Counted from the first letter of the stretch, positions 1 through 9,346 are shown. The stretch is DNA of 64,000 nucleotides from an uncultured candidatus Porisulfidus sp. (GCA_965215125.1 OZ244052.1:96001-160000), one strand, 5' to 3'. Notes: generated by a model not told the origin, from the sequence alone. Translations and numbers: made by a program.

Positions 1-88
1 AGAGTCACAGAAACGAAAATCTATCGCTTATTATGCACTATTTATGCCTACAAGCCTGCGATTAATCGTTTTGTGATGCAAGTGTAGT

Positions 89-1528
89 ATGATTATACTG
101 CTTATTGGTTTTTATATTCAAATGAATAAACTCAAAAAAAGGTTTTATTATCCAATGCGGTTGTGCGTATTGCTAATTTGCTTATATTGCGGATCGGCAC
201 ACGCCGACCCTCATCGCTTGCCGGACATCGGCGATCCTTCGTATGCGACCATGAGCCTCGCCAAAGAGAAAAAACTAGGCAGAATCATACTCGCCGGAGT
301 ACGCTCCCGGTTACCGATTATTGACGATATAGAAATACAGAGTTATCTACGCCATTTGGGAGAAAGGATACTCGCCCACAGTAAAGGTCAGGCTTTAGAT
401 TTTCATTTCTTGGCGATTAAAAGTCCTGCCATCAATGCGTTTGCTACGCCCGGCGGTGTCCTGGCATTTAACGAAGGGCTCCTTTTGGCTGCGGAAACCG
501 AAAGTGAACTGGGGGGTGTCGTGGCACATGAAATAGCACATGTCACACAACGCCACATCGCGAGATTACAAGCTCTGACCGAAGAGAGCTCTTTAATCAG
601 CACGCTCACCCTCATCGGAGCACTGATTGCTGCCGCTTATAATTCCGAGTTGGCAGAATTAACTTTGTTCGGTGGAACGACACTGCCGATAGAAAGAAGG
701 CTAAGCTATACGCGCAATTTTGAATACGAAGCAGATCGCTTCGGTATGCAACTCATGGCGGCTGCCGGACTAGACCCTGCCGGCATGCCTGCCTTCTTTG
801 AAAAACTACAAAAACTAGAGGGAAGGAATCAACAAATAGAGTTTTTGCGCACCCATCCCCTGACGATCTCTCGCCTTTCGGAGGCGCAGACTCGCGCAGC
901 CCGGTATCGTGGACATTTTGAGAAGGACAGCGAAGCATTTCATTATGCAAGGGCGCGCTTGCTTGCACTCCAAAAAACAACCGAAACACCCGAGCATTAC
1001 GACAACAATACCGAAAACTACTACAAAGCACTGAGTTTCATAGAAAGACAATCGCCCGGACAAGCTATTGAGTATCTAGAAAAAATCCCCCCTAATCAAC
1101 AACGCATACCGGTCAAACTCGCCTTCGCTCATGCCTATAGAACTATGGGAAATTGGGACAAAGCCATAGCCGTATTAAACAAACTGGATAGTCTGCATCC
1201 ACGACGCGCTCCCATAATCTATTACTTGGCATTGTGCTTACTCAAAGATCAACAAGCACAAAAAGCACTAGAGAAAATTAACGCTACTACATCGCTACAT
1301 GGGTATTATCCACAATTTTATCAACTCGGTGCGCAAGCGGCAGCGCAACTTGAGCGACACGACGTATACCACGAATACCTTGCCGATTACTATGCAGCCG
1401 AAGGTTATATAGAACCTGCGCTACGTCAACTTGACCTTGCCGAAAAAAGCGATACGCTACATCAATCGATACGCGCACGCATTGCGGCTAAACGCAAAGA
1501 CTTGGAAGAGTTTAGAAAAGCAATGTAG
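89..1528 (+). CDS. bepA: M48 family Zn metalloprotease with C-terminal TPRs (BepA/YfgC-like); true start probably downstream (M at ~122 or ~155)
   Basis: INAFATPGG, HEIAH zinc motif, EYEADRFG, FLRTHP motifs; signal-peptide-like segment ending AHA-D; helical TPR-like C-half. Confidence 0.85.
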   Translation: MIILLIGFYIQMNKLKKRFYYPMRLCVLLICLYCGSAHADPHRLPDIGDPSYATMSLAKEKKLGRIILAGVRSRLPIIDDIEIQSYLRHLGERILAHSKGQALDFHFLAIKSPAINAFATPGGVLAFNEGLLLAAETESELGGVVAHEIAHVTQRHIARLQALTEESSLISTLTLIGALIAAAYNSELAELTLFGGTTLPIERRLSYTRNFEYEADRFGMQLMAAAGLDPAGMPAFFEKLQKLEGRNQQIEFLRTHPLTISRLSEAQTRAARYRGHFEKDSEAFHYARARLLALQKTTETPEHYDNNTENYYKALSFIERQSPGQAIEYLEKIPPNQQRIPVKLAFAHAYRTMGNWDKAIAVLNKLDSLHPRRAPIIYYLALCLLKDQQAQKALEKINATTSLHGYYPQFYQLGAQAAAQLERHDVYHEYLADYYAAEGYIEPALRQLDLAEKSDTLHQSIRARIAAKRKDLEEFRKAM

Positions 1529-1551
1529 CGCGTTTATACTTATCTGCAGGA

Positions 1552-2160
1552 TCAAACTAGGCGACCACAACAATTCTTATATCTTTTGCCACTACCGCAA
1601 GGACACATTTGATTACGCCGCACCATCGTCGGAGAACGCGGAGATGCTCTTTGTTTATTGGATTGCTCTACATAATCGGTACCACCCAAAGACGGCACGC
1701 GAAAAGAAAAAAAAGTATTGCCGTCGCTGTGAGACACGCTACAATCTCCCATCGAAATGATATCCATTCCGATAATACATTCGATACCCGGATGAGGCAT
1801 TGCATGCTCTATCTCGGTCATCTCAACCTTAGCCATACGTACTTTGTTCGGAAGATAAACATCCAAGCCATAAAATAATTGTTGCTTATTGCTCTCTTCC
1901 TTGACGATAACTTCAAGTTCTAGTTCTTCGATTAGTTTCCTAGATAATTGCGACCGTGCTGCACCGGTGCTCCACATAGCACGGCATCTACGCCTGACAG
2001 GGTTTGAATAATTTCTCTTACCGAGTGTTGCCGGGCTTATCACTACATCGAATAAAATCACCGGCAGTTTGCCGTCCGCCCGCACCGTGAAAGAGGCACT
2101 TTTAGGCTTATCTTCGGACTTCGCCTGCTGCTTATTGTTTTTAGGCTTTTGCTTCTTCAT
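1552..2160 (-). CDS. Retropepsin-like (aspartyl protease fold) protein with C-terminal SEC-C motif; catalytic Asp apparently replaced
   Basis: AMW-S-TGA aligns with the A-x-W-D-T-G-A active site; IIGMDII matches the xxGxDxx motif; C-terminal RNQMCPCGSGKRYKNCCG is SEC-C. Confidence 0.75.
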   Translation of the reverse strand: MKKQKPKNNKQQAKSEDKPKSASFTVRADGKLPVILFDVVISPATLGKRNYSNPVRRRCRAMWSTGAARSQLSRKLIEELELEVIVKEESNKQQLFYGLDVYLPNKVRMAKVEMTEIEHAMPHPGIECIIGMDIISMGDCSVSHSDGNTFFSFRVPSLGGTDYVEQSNKQRASPRSPTMVRRNQMCPCGSGKRYKNCCGRLV

Positions 2161-2809
2161 AATCGCTCAGAAATTTTTTTAAGCCGGCATCGCTCAACGG
2201 ATGCTTAAACATTGCTTCGAATACGGAATACGGACAAGTTGCCACATCCGCACCGACCTGTGCGCATTGCTCTAGATGCTGCAAATTTCTGATCGATGCC
2301 GCCAAGACCTCGGTAGCAAACCCGTAATACGCAATGACATCGCAGATTCGTTCTACCAACCGCATACCGTCTCCGACTTGCCCGGCATCGTCCAACCGAC
2401 CTATAAAGGGTGAAATATAAAATGCACCCGCTTTAGCTGCAAGTATCGCCTGTGCAAGCGAAAATATCAGCGTGCAATTAGTACGTATATTCGCTTCTTT
2501 GAGCGTTTTTATCGCTTTTACACCGGCCTCGGTCATCGGCACTTTAACGACTATATGCGGGTCTATGCTTGCCAATTCGCGCCCTTCTTCCACCATCGCA
2601 TCGTGGTCAATGCTAATCACTTCCGCCGAGACATCACCGCCGACTATTTGACAAATCCGTGCATAATAATCGTGCAGAGATGCTTTATCTCGCCCGATAA
2701 CACCGGTTTTAGCAAGCAAGCTCGGATTCGTGGTCACCCCGTCTAAAACTCCGCAAGCGGCTGCCTTCTCGATCACCGCTATATCGGCACTATCTATAAA
2801 TAATTTCAT
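2141..2809 (-). CDS. tal: Transaldolase, small TalC/FSA-type family
   Basis: MKLFIDSA, GVTTNPSL, VVKVP Schiff-base Lys; SAEV (Glu) and SPF (Phe) favour transaldolase over FSA (Gln/Tyr); ATGA overlap with upstream gene. Confidence 0.88.
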   Translation of the reverse strand: MKLFIDSADIAVIEKAAACGVLDGVTTNPSLLAKTGVIGRDKASLHDYYARICQIVGGDVSAEVISIDHDAMVEEGRELASIDPHIVVKVPMTEAGVKAIKTLKEANIRTNCTLIFSLAQAILAAKAGAFYISPFIGRLDDAGQVGDGMRLVERICDVIAYYGFATEVLAASIRNLQHLEQCAQVGADVATCPYSVFEAMFKHPLSDAGLKKFLSDYEEAKA

Positions 2810-4047
2810 AACTTGTCCTCGTTTGCTACTAAATCCAAATGCACCGGATGCGAAGCGTTCAATGCTCGCCTGCGTACGGGATTATGCCCTAACTGCTTCT
2901 GCCCAAAAGCCGAAGGCATACATTCTGCACCGTTTTGCAAATCTTCTAAAGAAGGCCCGCTAAAACGACAATACGAACTGTCGGTTTCGTAAATCAACAA
3001 CTCCGATAGATTGGGTAAATAATCTATTAATTGCTGCCAAATAAACGCACTCAATATCTCGGTGGACGACCGCCAACTCAGCGACGCATCGCTGAGATTC
3101 AGGCTTTTATGATCCAGTTTTTTGATAACTCGTTCTACTATCACGGCCTTCAAATAACCGTAATCCATTACGAAGCCATTATAAGGATCGATAACATCAC
3201 TGATCGTCACATTCAGCTTATAGCGTCCGCCGTGCAGATTAGCACAACTGCCGGGATGGTCGGTAATAAAATGTGCGGCATCAAAGACCAATTCTTTGGT
3301 GACCGATGCCCTAGGTGTCGTCGGATAAAAGCGCTCACCGGTGCATGGTAGTTCGTTCAGCATCGATTCTATCAGGTGCAACAGGGTGCGACTATCGGCA
3401 ATCGTTTTACTCCGCAACAATGCACCGCCGCCGCCGATTGCATCCAGCCTAATCAGATGAACCTTGAACGATGCTTTTAGTCTTCGGCAAACCCAATCGG
3501 CACAATGCGTATCGCGGTATCGCAAAAATAAATACTCACCGTAGAACTCCGCTTTGGTTGCAATGCTCAGCGCAACAAAATTTAAGAAATCGGCATCGTT
3601 CAGTCGTTCCAATTCCTTTGCGCCATAAATATCCAAAGGACGCTTCGGAGTCTTTAGACGATTCAAGGCGACAACTCTATGTGTATCGTCGTTGTAGATG
3701 TATTCCTGTCTAAACTCAAATCCGTAATCAAGCAATGCCTGCCGTAACCAAAACAAAAAGTCCAAACGCCTAATTTCACCGTGAATCGTATAAAAGTTAT
3801 CGTCATCGGACAACGCACCGCATGCATCCAACGCAGCGATCGTTAATTTTGCATCATCCGAAGCCGTTCCTTTAGGATAGCGATAACCGTCGGGGTCGTC
3901 ACCGGCATTGATTTGTGCGGGTGGCACGAGTATATCCAACGGCAATTTATGGCGCAGTGCGTATTCTTGTAGCGTCAAGCCACAGCATCGTGCCAAGTGC
4001 GCGTTGTCTAAAAGCGAAATCTCTTTGCCACATTCTAGGCATTGCAT
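2806..4047 (-). CDS. Fusion protein: N-terminal Ros/MucR-like Zn finger, central degenerate LAGLIDADG-like region, C-terminal QueD/6-pyruvoyl-tetrahydropterin synthase domain
   Basis: C-terminal FDAAH...CANLHGG-RY...GFVMDY...LDHKSLN...STEIL...YET is the PTPS/QueD fold; N-terminal CLECGK...HLARCCGLTLQEYA resembles MucR; the middle assignment is pattern-based only; RBS GGAGG upstream. Confidence 0.7.
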   Translation of the reverse strand: MQCLECGKEISLLDNAHLARCCGLTLQEYALRHKLPLDILVPPAQINAGDDPDGYRYPKGTASDDAKLTIAALDACGALSDDDNFYTIHGEIRRLDFLFWLRQALLDYGFEFRQEYIYNDDTHRVVALNRLKTPKRPLDIYGAKELERLNDADFLNFVALSIATKAEFYGEYLFLRYRDTHCADWVCRRLKASFKVHLIRLDAIGGGGALLRSKTIADSRTLLHLIESMLNELPCTGERFYPTTPRASVTKELVFDAAHFITDHPGSCANLHGGRYKLNVTISDVIDPYNGFVMDYGYLKAVIVERVIKKLDHKSLNLSDASLSWRSSTEILSAFIWQQLIDYLPNLSELLIYETDSSYCRFSGPSLEDLQNGAECMPSAFGQKQLGHNPVRRRALNASHPVHLDLVANEDKL

Positions 4048-4193
4048 AACTTTACCTCCATTTGAATCGTCCTTCGTATTGGCTAATTAGCTAATTATAT
4101 CAGCCTTTTGCTTGACAACTTTCCATGCCTTTAATTTCTCGGCTAAACTCCATGTTGCGTTCGCCGGACTACTAGAGGGCAATCTGTGATATT
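3891..4193. repeat. Direct repeat copy 1 (~303 bp): 5' end of the queD fusion + intergenic + 3' fragment of the glycosylase gene
   Basis: Aligns at offset +1345 with 5236-5538 with only scattered mismatches. Confidence 0.95.
4087..4193 (-). pseudogene. Duplicated 3' fragment of the DNA glycosylase gene
   Basis: Encodes YHRLPSSSPANATWSLAEKLKAWKVVKQKADIIS*, nearly identical to the C-terminus of 5432..5959. Confidence 0.85.
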
Positions 4194-4261
4194 GGTATGT
4201 GGAATTTAGAACTGTTAAAAAAGTATCCGATGTTTATATAACCGCAACGTAACCTACATGT

Positions 4262-4289
4262 GTAGGGGCGGACTAACATGTCCGCCCTA
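4262..4289 (+). repeat. REP-like palindrome (GTAG foot + hairpin)
   Basis: GTAG-GGGCGGAC-taacat-GTCCGCCC-ta, 5 bp from the methyltransferase stop codon. Confidence 0.7.
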
Positions 4290-4293
4290 AAGT

Positions 4294-5253
4294 TTAGTAA
4301 TTGCACGCATCCAATCGCTTTGCGCCACTCGATTCCGGGACTAGTCTGTTTTTACAAATGTTCACATAATTTGAATCTAACTCAAAACCTAGATACTGAC
4401 GCTCTAGTAATTTTGCTGCAATCAACGTCGATCCGCTCCCGGCAAAAGGATCAAGAACCAATTGCTCTTTTTTTGTAGTAAGTTCAATTAGTATCTGCAT
4501 TAATTTAATAGATTTTTGAGTCGGATGAAACCCGGATTCATTTTTTCCTAAACCACAACTAATGATATTATTCGGTTGATCTACGTATTTAATAAACGCT
4601 TTTTCGTTATATGCGCCGACATCATGCTTTAATACATTATCCGCTATTGTCCCTCCAATCTTATACGGTTTGGTGAACCATAATATCGGTTCATATATCG
4701 GGCGTAGATTACCGATCCGCCATCCGTCCCATGCTTGCGAAGATTTCTCATCGCCGCGTCTGGAGTAAACCACGCTTAATCTTTGCGCTCGGTGGGGTGC
4801 CTGAGTTTTTATCCATGCCAGCGCATCCTTAAAGATAAATCCGGCATCCTCCATAGCACAAACACATCTGTGTGAGAGCCTTCTGCCCGAAAATATGAAA
4901 ACGCTCGCTCCCGGTTTTATGACTCGAAACCACTCGGGAGACCATGTTGAACACCATTCTTGATATTTTCTAGGTATCTCACGATCTGCCCGACACCAAC
5001 CGTTAATCGGTTTTCTTCTTTTATGAAAAACAGTACCGGCTTTTTTTTGTGAATTGCTCGACCCTAAATAAGCCGAATTACTATTATCATGGAGAATGTC
5101 CCACTCATCCGTACCAATCCCATAAGGAATATCACTTAGAATTAAATGGACGGATTCATCTTCTATATCCTGAATTAAATCTAGAGAATTTCCCTGATAT
5201 ATAGCGTTTTTTTTCAATTTGTTAACTCTAGATGCCGAGGTCGTCGCCGGCAT
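4294..5253 (-). CDS. Beta-class amino-DNA methyltransferase, M.HindIII-like (probable AAGCTT m6A); no cognate endonuclease adjacent
   Basis: SDIPY catalytic motif precedes DPFAGSGST SAM motif (beta order); WDILH, KPINGW, APHRAQRLS, GWRIGNLRPIYEPILWF match M.HindIII as I recall it; AT-rich relative to flanks. Confidence 0.85.
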   Translation of the reverse strand: MPATTSASRVNKLKKNAIYQGNSLDLIQDIEDESVHLILSDIPYGIGTDEWDILHDNSNSAYLGSSNSQKKAGTVFHKRRKPINGWCRADREIPRKYQEWCSTWSPEWFRVIKPGASVFIFSGRRLSHRCVCAMEDAGFIFKDALAWIKTQAPHRAQRLSVVYSRRGDEKSSQAWDGWRIGNLRPIYEPILWFTKPYKIGGTIADNVLKHDVGAYNEKAFIKYVDQPNNIISCGLGKNESGFHPTQKSIKLMQILIELTTKKEQLVLDPFAGSGSTLIAAKLLERQYLGFELDSNYVNICKNRLVPESSGAKRLDACNY

Positions 5254-5392
5254 TGATTTGCGACGGTGGCACGAGTATATCCAACGGCAATTTATGACGC
5301 AGTGCGTATTCTTGTAGCGTCAAGCCACAACATCGTGCCAAGTGCTCGTTGTCTAAAAGCGAAATCTCTTTGCCACATTCTAGGCATTGCAT
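5228..5392 (-). pseudogene. Truncated duplicate of the queD-fusion 5' end: 54-aa Zn-finger-only ORF
   Basis: MQCLECGKEISLLDNEHLARCCGLTLQEYALRHKLPLDILVPPSQINAGDDLGI*; ATG at 5392, TAG at 5230-5228. Confidence 0.8.
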
Positions 5393-5538
5393 AACTTTAT
5401 CTCCATTTGAATCGTATTTCGTATTGGCTAATTAGCCGATTATATCAGCCTTTTGCTTGACAACTTGCCATGCCTTTAATTTCTCGGCTAAACTCCATGT
5501 TGCGTTCGCCGGACTACTAGAGGGCAATCTGTGATATT
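5236..5538. repeat. Direct repeat copy 2 (~303 bp)
   Basis: Matches 3891-4193; flanks the methyltransferase gene. Confidence 0.95.
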
Positions 5539-5959
5539 CCAGATTAAGGTCGGCAGGTAGCGTATGCAATATGTATTTGCGATAGACTTGTTCGGCTTTG
5601 CCACCGTTGAAAAAAACCGAATGAATTGCAGTATATTTGTTGAAAAAAGTATTGAAATCATTGACTCTGATACTCTCTTCGACGATATCCGAATCGAGGC
5701 TCCCGCAACGCATGCAACCGGCAATTACATCCCACAATGCGATACGATGATCGCTTAGGTTGCGACAGCGGTCGGCGTAGCATCGCTTTGCGTCTGTGCC
5801 GAATAATGCGCCCATAATTAGCCAAAAGTGATTTCTCGGATGCGCATAGTATTGATGGTCGGCGAGCGATGCGGTACTCGGCATAGAACCGAGTATCAGT
5901 ATCTCGGCACTTGAGGTTACGATAGGTGGAAAGGCTTTTAACCTAGCTTCGGTCATCAC
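5432..5959 (-). CDS. DNA-deoxyinosine (hypoxanthine) glycosylase, UDG superfamily family 6
   Basis: ILILGSMPS...QYYAHPRNHFW, LWDVI, SLDSDI, FFNG, LPSSSPANA motifs. Confidence 0.85.
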   Translation of the reverse strand: MMTEARLKAFPPIVTSSAEILILGSMPSTASLADHQYYAHPRNHFWLIMGALFGTDAKRCYADRCRNLSDHRIALWDVIAGCMRCGSLDSDIVEESIRVNDFNTFFNKYTAIHSVFFNGGKAEQVYRKYILHTLPADLNLEYHRLPSSSPANATWSLAEKLKAWQVVKQKADIIG

Positions 5960-6028
5960 GGTTCAACCCGTATCGCTCATCGTAAGCTACGGTGAGGCGT
6001 GGGTCTATATGCGATTATCCGAGGAATA

Positions 6029-6066
6029 TAAAAAACCCCGAAAACAAATAGTTATCGGGGCTTTTT
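6029..6066 (-). terminator. Intrinsic terminator after fae
   Basis: CCCCGA...TCGGGG stem (6036-6060) with A-run on the left (U-tract on the minus strand) and T-run on the right. Confidence 0.75.
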
Positions 6067-6083
6067 AGCTTTCTTTCAAAGTT

Positions 6084-6614
6084 TTAGAAGCCTTTGAAAG
6101 GATGTTCTGCACTGTCTTTTTGAGCAGTTGCTTCGGCTGCCGTCGGCTTGCCGCTGATGGCATTTTCTATTGCCATTTTAACTGCCTTATGGTTGTTTTC
6201 ATAAATCGCCTGATCGCTTTCAGCCTGCCAGTGAATGAAAACACCTACACAGATATAGATATCGTCGGCTTCGTCTTGAGGGATAACTCCATCGGCAACA
6301 CAATCCTGAACAGCTTTGGCTACCGCCGCTTGTGCGGGTCCGAACATCTGCACGGCTTGCTTTTGACCTTTAATCGTAACCTTGTTGAACATCATCGTAT
6401 TAGGCTTACAAGGCAGATTGGGTGCAATTACCGCTAACAAAGAAGTGAAACCATCTTTATTATTAACCAAACCGTTGCAGAAGGCTGTTTCGACAGCCGA
6501 ACCGCGCGGTCCCATAATTAAGTCTATATGGGCGATTTCAGCCATTGTCCCGGACGGGTCGTTGTCGTTGACTAGGGCTTCGCCTACCATTACTTTACTA
6601 ATTTGCATTGACAT
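6084..6614 (-). CDS. fae: Formaldehyde-activating enzyme
   Basis: VGEALV...[18 protein letters not shown]...LLAVIAPNL...FNKVTIK...QMFGPAQ...VGVFIHW; RBS AAGGAG. Confidence 0.95.
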   Translation of the reverse strand: MSMQISKVMVGEALVNDNDPSGTMAEIAHIDLIMGPRGSAVETAFCNGLVNNKDGFTSLLAVIAPNLPCKPNTMMFNKVTIKGQKQAVQMFGPAQAAVAKAVQDCVADGVIPQDEADDIYICVGVFIHWQAESDQAIYENNHKAVKMAIENAISGKPTAAEATAQKDSAEHPFKGF

Positions 6615-6638
6615 TTCTCCTTATCAATTTAGGGTGTA

Positions 6639-7478
6639 TTACTCCAGACTAGTTAGAAAAACAGTTGCAACGGTCATATCGGCCGTAGTTCCCGGATTGA
6701 TATTGTTTTCCTTCAGTTTGCGATCAAACTCAAGCAATTTAGTATCAAAAGCTCCGGGTTCATCCCTGCGACAGTATTTTTCATACAATGCAGAGGCAAG
6801 CCTACGCACATAGAGTGCAGTTGCTTTCCCCCGCTTGCGTGTAATTAAACTATCTGGATACGTAGCGAGCAGTTTCATATAGACACCGCTCACAGCCGAA
6901 GGATTATAGCCCCATTTGGAATAAAATGCAAGCAGTGTCGGACATGCCTGCTCAAAGATATCGCGATAATCCGTAGCGTATTGGGCAGCGATTAGATCCC
7001 TTCGTTGCGCTAAACGCATTGCCTCCAGTAAGGAAATATCGGGATTCGTAGCAATATCGGCTTGTTCTACATACCCTAAGCCGCCGGCTCCGGAAATGCG
7101 GATCGCGTGATACGCAGAACGCGCATCCTCTACCGTAGTACTAGCCAATACCTGCTTCAGAGATTGTCTTAACGATTTTCCGTTGTCGAAATAAATCGCT
7201 TGTATCAGTGGCGCACACAATAAAACGATACCTAGATTGGTATTCATTGATACCGCTTTTCGGGTATCCTCAATTGCACACAGAATACGCTCACCCAGAC
7301 TGCACTGCGGCGCACAAATTGCAGTCGCACAAGCCTGTGCGCTTTTTATAAAGTCCTCGCTATGCATTTGGTGTCCGGCGGAATGAATACCGACATTGCC
7401 GGGCTTGATCGCTTCTACATCGGCACGACAAGCGGATAAGAAGCACTTTTCCAGTTTTTCGGTCTGTTCAACCGTCAC
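6639..7478 (-). CDS. CitG-like triphosphoribosyl-dephospho-CoA synthase family protein (Orf7 of H4MPT/methylofuran clusters)
   Basis: KPGNV, NTNLGIVLL, PDSLITRKRG, NPGTTAD motifs; position between orf5 and fae. Confidence 0.85.
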   Translation of the reverse strand: MTVEQTEKLEKCFLSACRADVEAIKPGNVGIHSAGHQMHSEDFIKSAQACATAICAPQCSLGERILCAIEDTRKAVSMNTNLGIVLLCAPLIQAIYFDNGKSLRQSLKQVLASTTVEDARSAYHAIRISGAGGLGYVEQADIATNPDISLLEAMRLAQRRDLIAAQYATDYRDIFEQACPTLLAFYSKWGYNPSAVSGVYMKLLATYPDSLITRKRGKATALYVRRLASALYEKYCRRDEPGAFDTKLLEFDRKLKENNINPGTTADMTVATVFLTSLE

Positions 7479-8358
7479 GACAATAGCGGGTTGCCATAAA
7501 ATGATCTACCATATATTCGGCAATATTAACCGAGCTCACACCTTGCAAAGATTTCCAAGCAGGAATACTATTTATTTCAATAACTTGTATGATATTATTG
7601 ATATCACTTATTAAGTCTACACCGCCATAAAATAGCCCTACTGCACGCACCGCTTGAATCGCAAGTGCAGCGGCTTCATCGTCAATAACCGCATAACGAC
7701 ATTCGGCACCTTGTGCGGCATTGTTGACCCAATCGCACCCTTGTCTTTGCATTGCAGAGACAACTTGATCCCCGACTATGAAAACTCGCCAATCATACGG
7801 TTTATTACTTTCCACGAATTGTTGTAAATAATATACTCGAGGTTGTGTATCGTCGGGTTCGGGCAGCTCCGAAACACTATTTATAAGCTGTAAATCCTTG
7901 CCTTGAGAGCCGAAAAGCGGTTTTAGAACTGCAGCTTGGTTTTTATCGGCAAGCCTCTGAACTATCGCACAGGCTTTTTTATAATCTACGGTCACCCACG
8001 TCGGAGGTGTCGCTATACCGGCATTTTTCAATAAAAAACTGGTCATCGCCTTATCGACGCTACGTTCTATCATTTGCGCATCGTTATATACATGGACACC
8101 GAGCCTTGCCAAGCTATGTAATATATCCAAATGAAAAACTACGCTTTCCAAAGAACCTGCCGGCACGCCACGAACAAAAACACCGCCGGGCAGATAATCT
8201 TCAAAGCCGGGTAGTTGTACATTGATTTCACTTTGCGTGAAAATCGTACAGTCGTTTAATGCAACAATCTTGACCTCGCACCGGTGTGCAGCAAATGCTT
8301 CCTGTAGCTGTTCGCAATGCCAACCGGAAGCATTACTGATCAAGGCCATTTCGGTCAT
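7468..8358 (-). CDS. RimK-family ATP-grasp glutamate ligase (Orf5/MyfA-like, methylofuran polyglutamylation)
   Basis: VDKAMTSFLL, KPLFGSQG, DWRVFIV, GGVDLI, IEINSIPAW; position after mch. Confidence 0.85.
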   Translation of the reverse strand: MTEMALISNASGWHCEQLQEAFAAHRCEVKIVALNDCTIFTQSEINVQLPGFEDYLPGGVFVRGVPAGSLESVVFHLDILHSLARLGVHVYNDAQMIERSVDKAMTSFLLKNAGIATPPTWVTVDYKKACAIVQRLADKNQAAVLKPLFGSQGKDLQLINSVSELPEPDDTQPRVYYLQQFVESNKPYDWRVFIVGDQVVSAMQRQGCDWVNNAAQGAECRYAVIDDEAAALAIQAVRAVGLFYGGVDLISDINNIIQVIEINSIPAWKSLQGVSSVNIAEYMVDHFMATRYCRDG

Positions 8359-8366
8359 TTTTCAAT

Positions 8367-9335
8367 TTAGCTAAAAGAGCTTTCAAGTAAATCGAGTGCG
8401 ATAACGCCGGCATGAAAAGTTTTGCCGCTCGGCAAATGGCTAATTGCGATCTGTGCAGGGCTGAACAGCATGGGATCTATCTTGAAAAAATCGTATTTGT
8501 AATCTTTGAATACTTCGGCAAAAGGTCTGCCGTAGTCATGCGAAGTGTTGCTCGGTAGCTTTTGCGCCAGGGATTGTGCAGCATCCATCTCCCCGTTGAC
8601 GAATAGGTGTACGCGTCCGGCAAATAATATCGCATCGTTAGTTCGCCCCATACCGGTGATAAAATCTTCGGCAGGCGGCGGGAAAGGTGCGCTTCCACAT
8701 CCATCTACAATATTGCCCAATTCAAACCCTAACTCATGTACCTTATGCAAAGCGACTTCCAAAACCCTTGCCACAACTTGCATAGAACCTGCCAAACTGC
8801 ATGTCGGTGTCAAAATGACCGTTAAGTTGCGCGCTTCTATGCCGCATTGTGAAGCAATTTTATCTAGCAGAGGCAACGGTGGATATTCGGCTACCTCCAG
8901 CACGATAACGCCGTACTCCGATTGATCTCGGTAGGCAAGCTCGTTAAACAGGTCCTCACGACACGCTAAGGCACGTGCCGGCCCCGATCCCAACGCCTGA
9001 AATTTTTTATCATTCTCTTCGTGCGCTAAACTCCAACCTGCATACTGCGATGCCAGACACGCCAAAACCGGATTGACCGTGCTTACATGCACGCTCAGTG
9101 GCCAATTCGCGGCAATTCCGTCGTGCGTGAGCGAGACGCGTCCGAGTCCACCCAAGCAAATCTCTGCAATCAACCGACCTGCCTCTAGGCTTCCGTGCGA
9201 CTTAATGCCGGCATCGATAATACGGGTTTGGTTTTTCGCCTCCGAGACCGACACGGCAAGCCTGTCGGCGTGCGCACAAAGTTGCTTCACCAAAGGCTGT
9301 GCGAGTTTATTAATGCCAATGTTTAAGTGCTTCAT
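8367..9335 (-). CDS. mch: Methenyl-tetrahydromethanopterin cyclohydrolase
   Basis: [55 protein letters not shown]. Confidence 0.95.
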   Translation of the reverse strand: MKHLNIGINKLAQPLVKQLCAHADRLAVSVSEAKNQTRIIDAGIKSHGSLEAGRLIAEICLGGLGRVSLTHDGIAANWPLSVHVSTVNPVLACLASQYAGWSLAHEENDKKFQALGSGPARALACREDLFNELAYRDQSEYGVIVLEVAEYPPLPLLDKIASQCGIEARNLTVILTPTCSLAGSMQVVARVLEVALHKVHELGFELGNIVDGCGSAPFPPPAEDFITGMGRTNDAILFAGRVHLFVNGEMDAAQSLAQKLPSNTSHDYGRPFAEVFKDYKYDFFKIDPMLFSPAQIAISHLPSGKTFHAGVIALDLLESSFS

Positions 9336-9346
9336 AATATTGCGCC

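Noticed and set aside
3300-3900. Intein or active homing endonuclease in the queD fusion
   Set aside because: No Hint splicing motifs (N-terminal C/S block, C-terminal HN) and no intact LAGLIDADG catalytic acids are visible.
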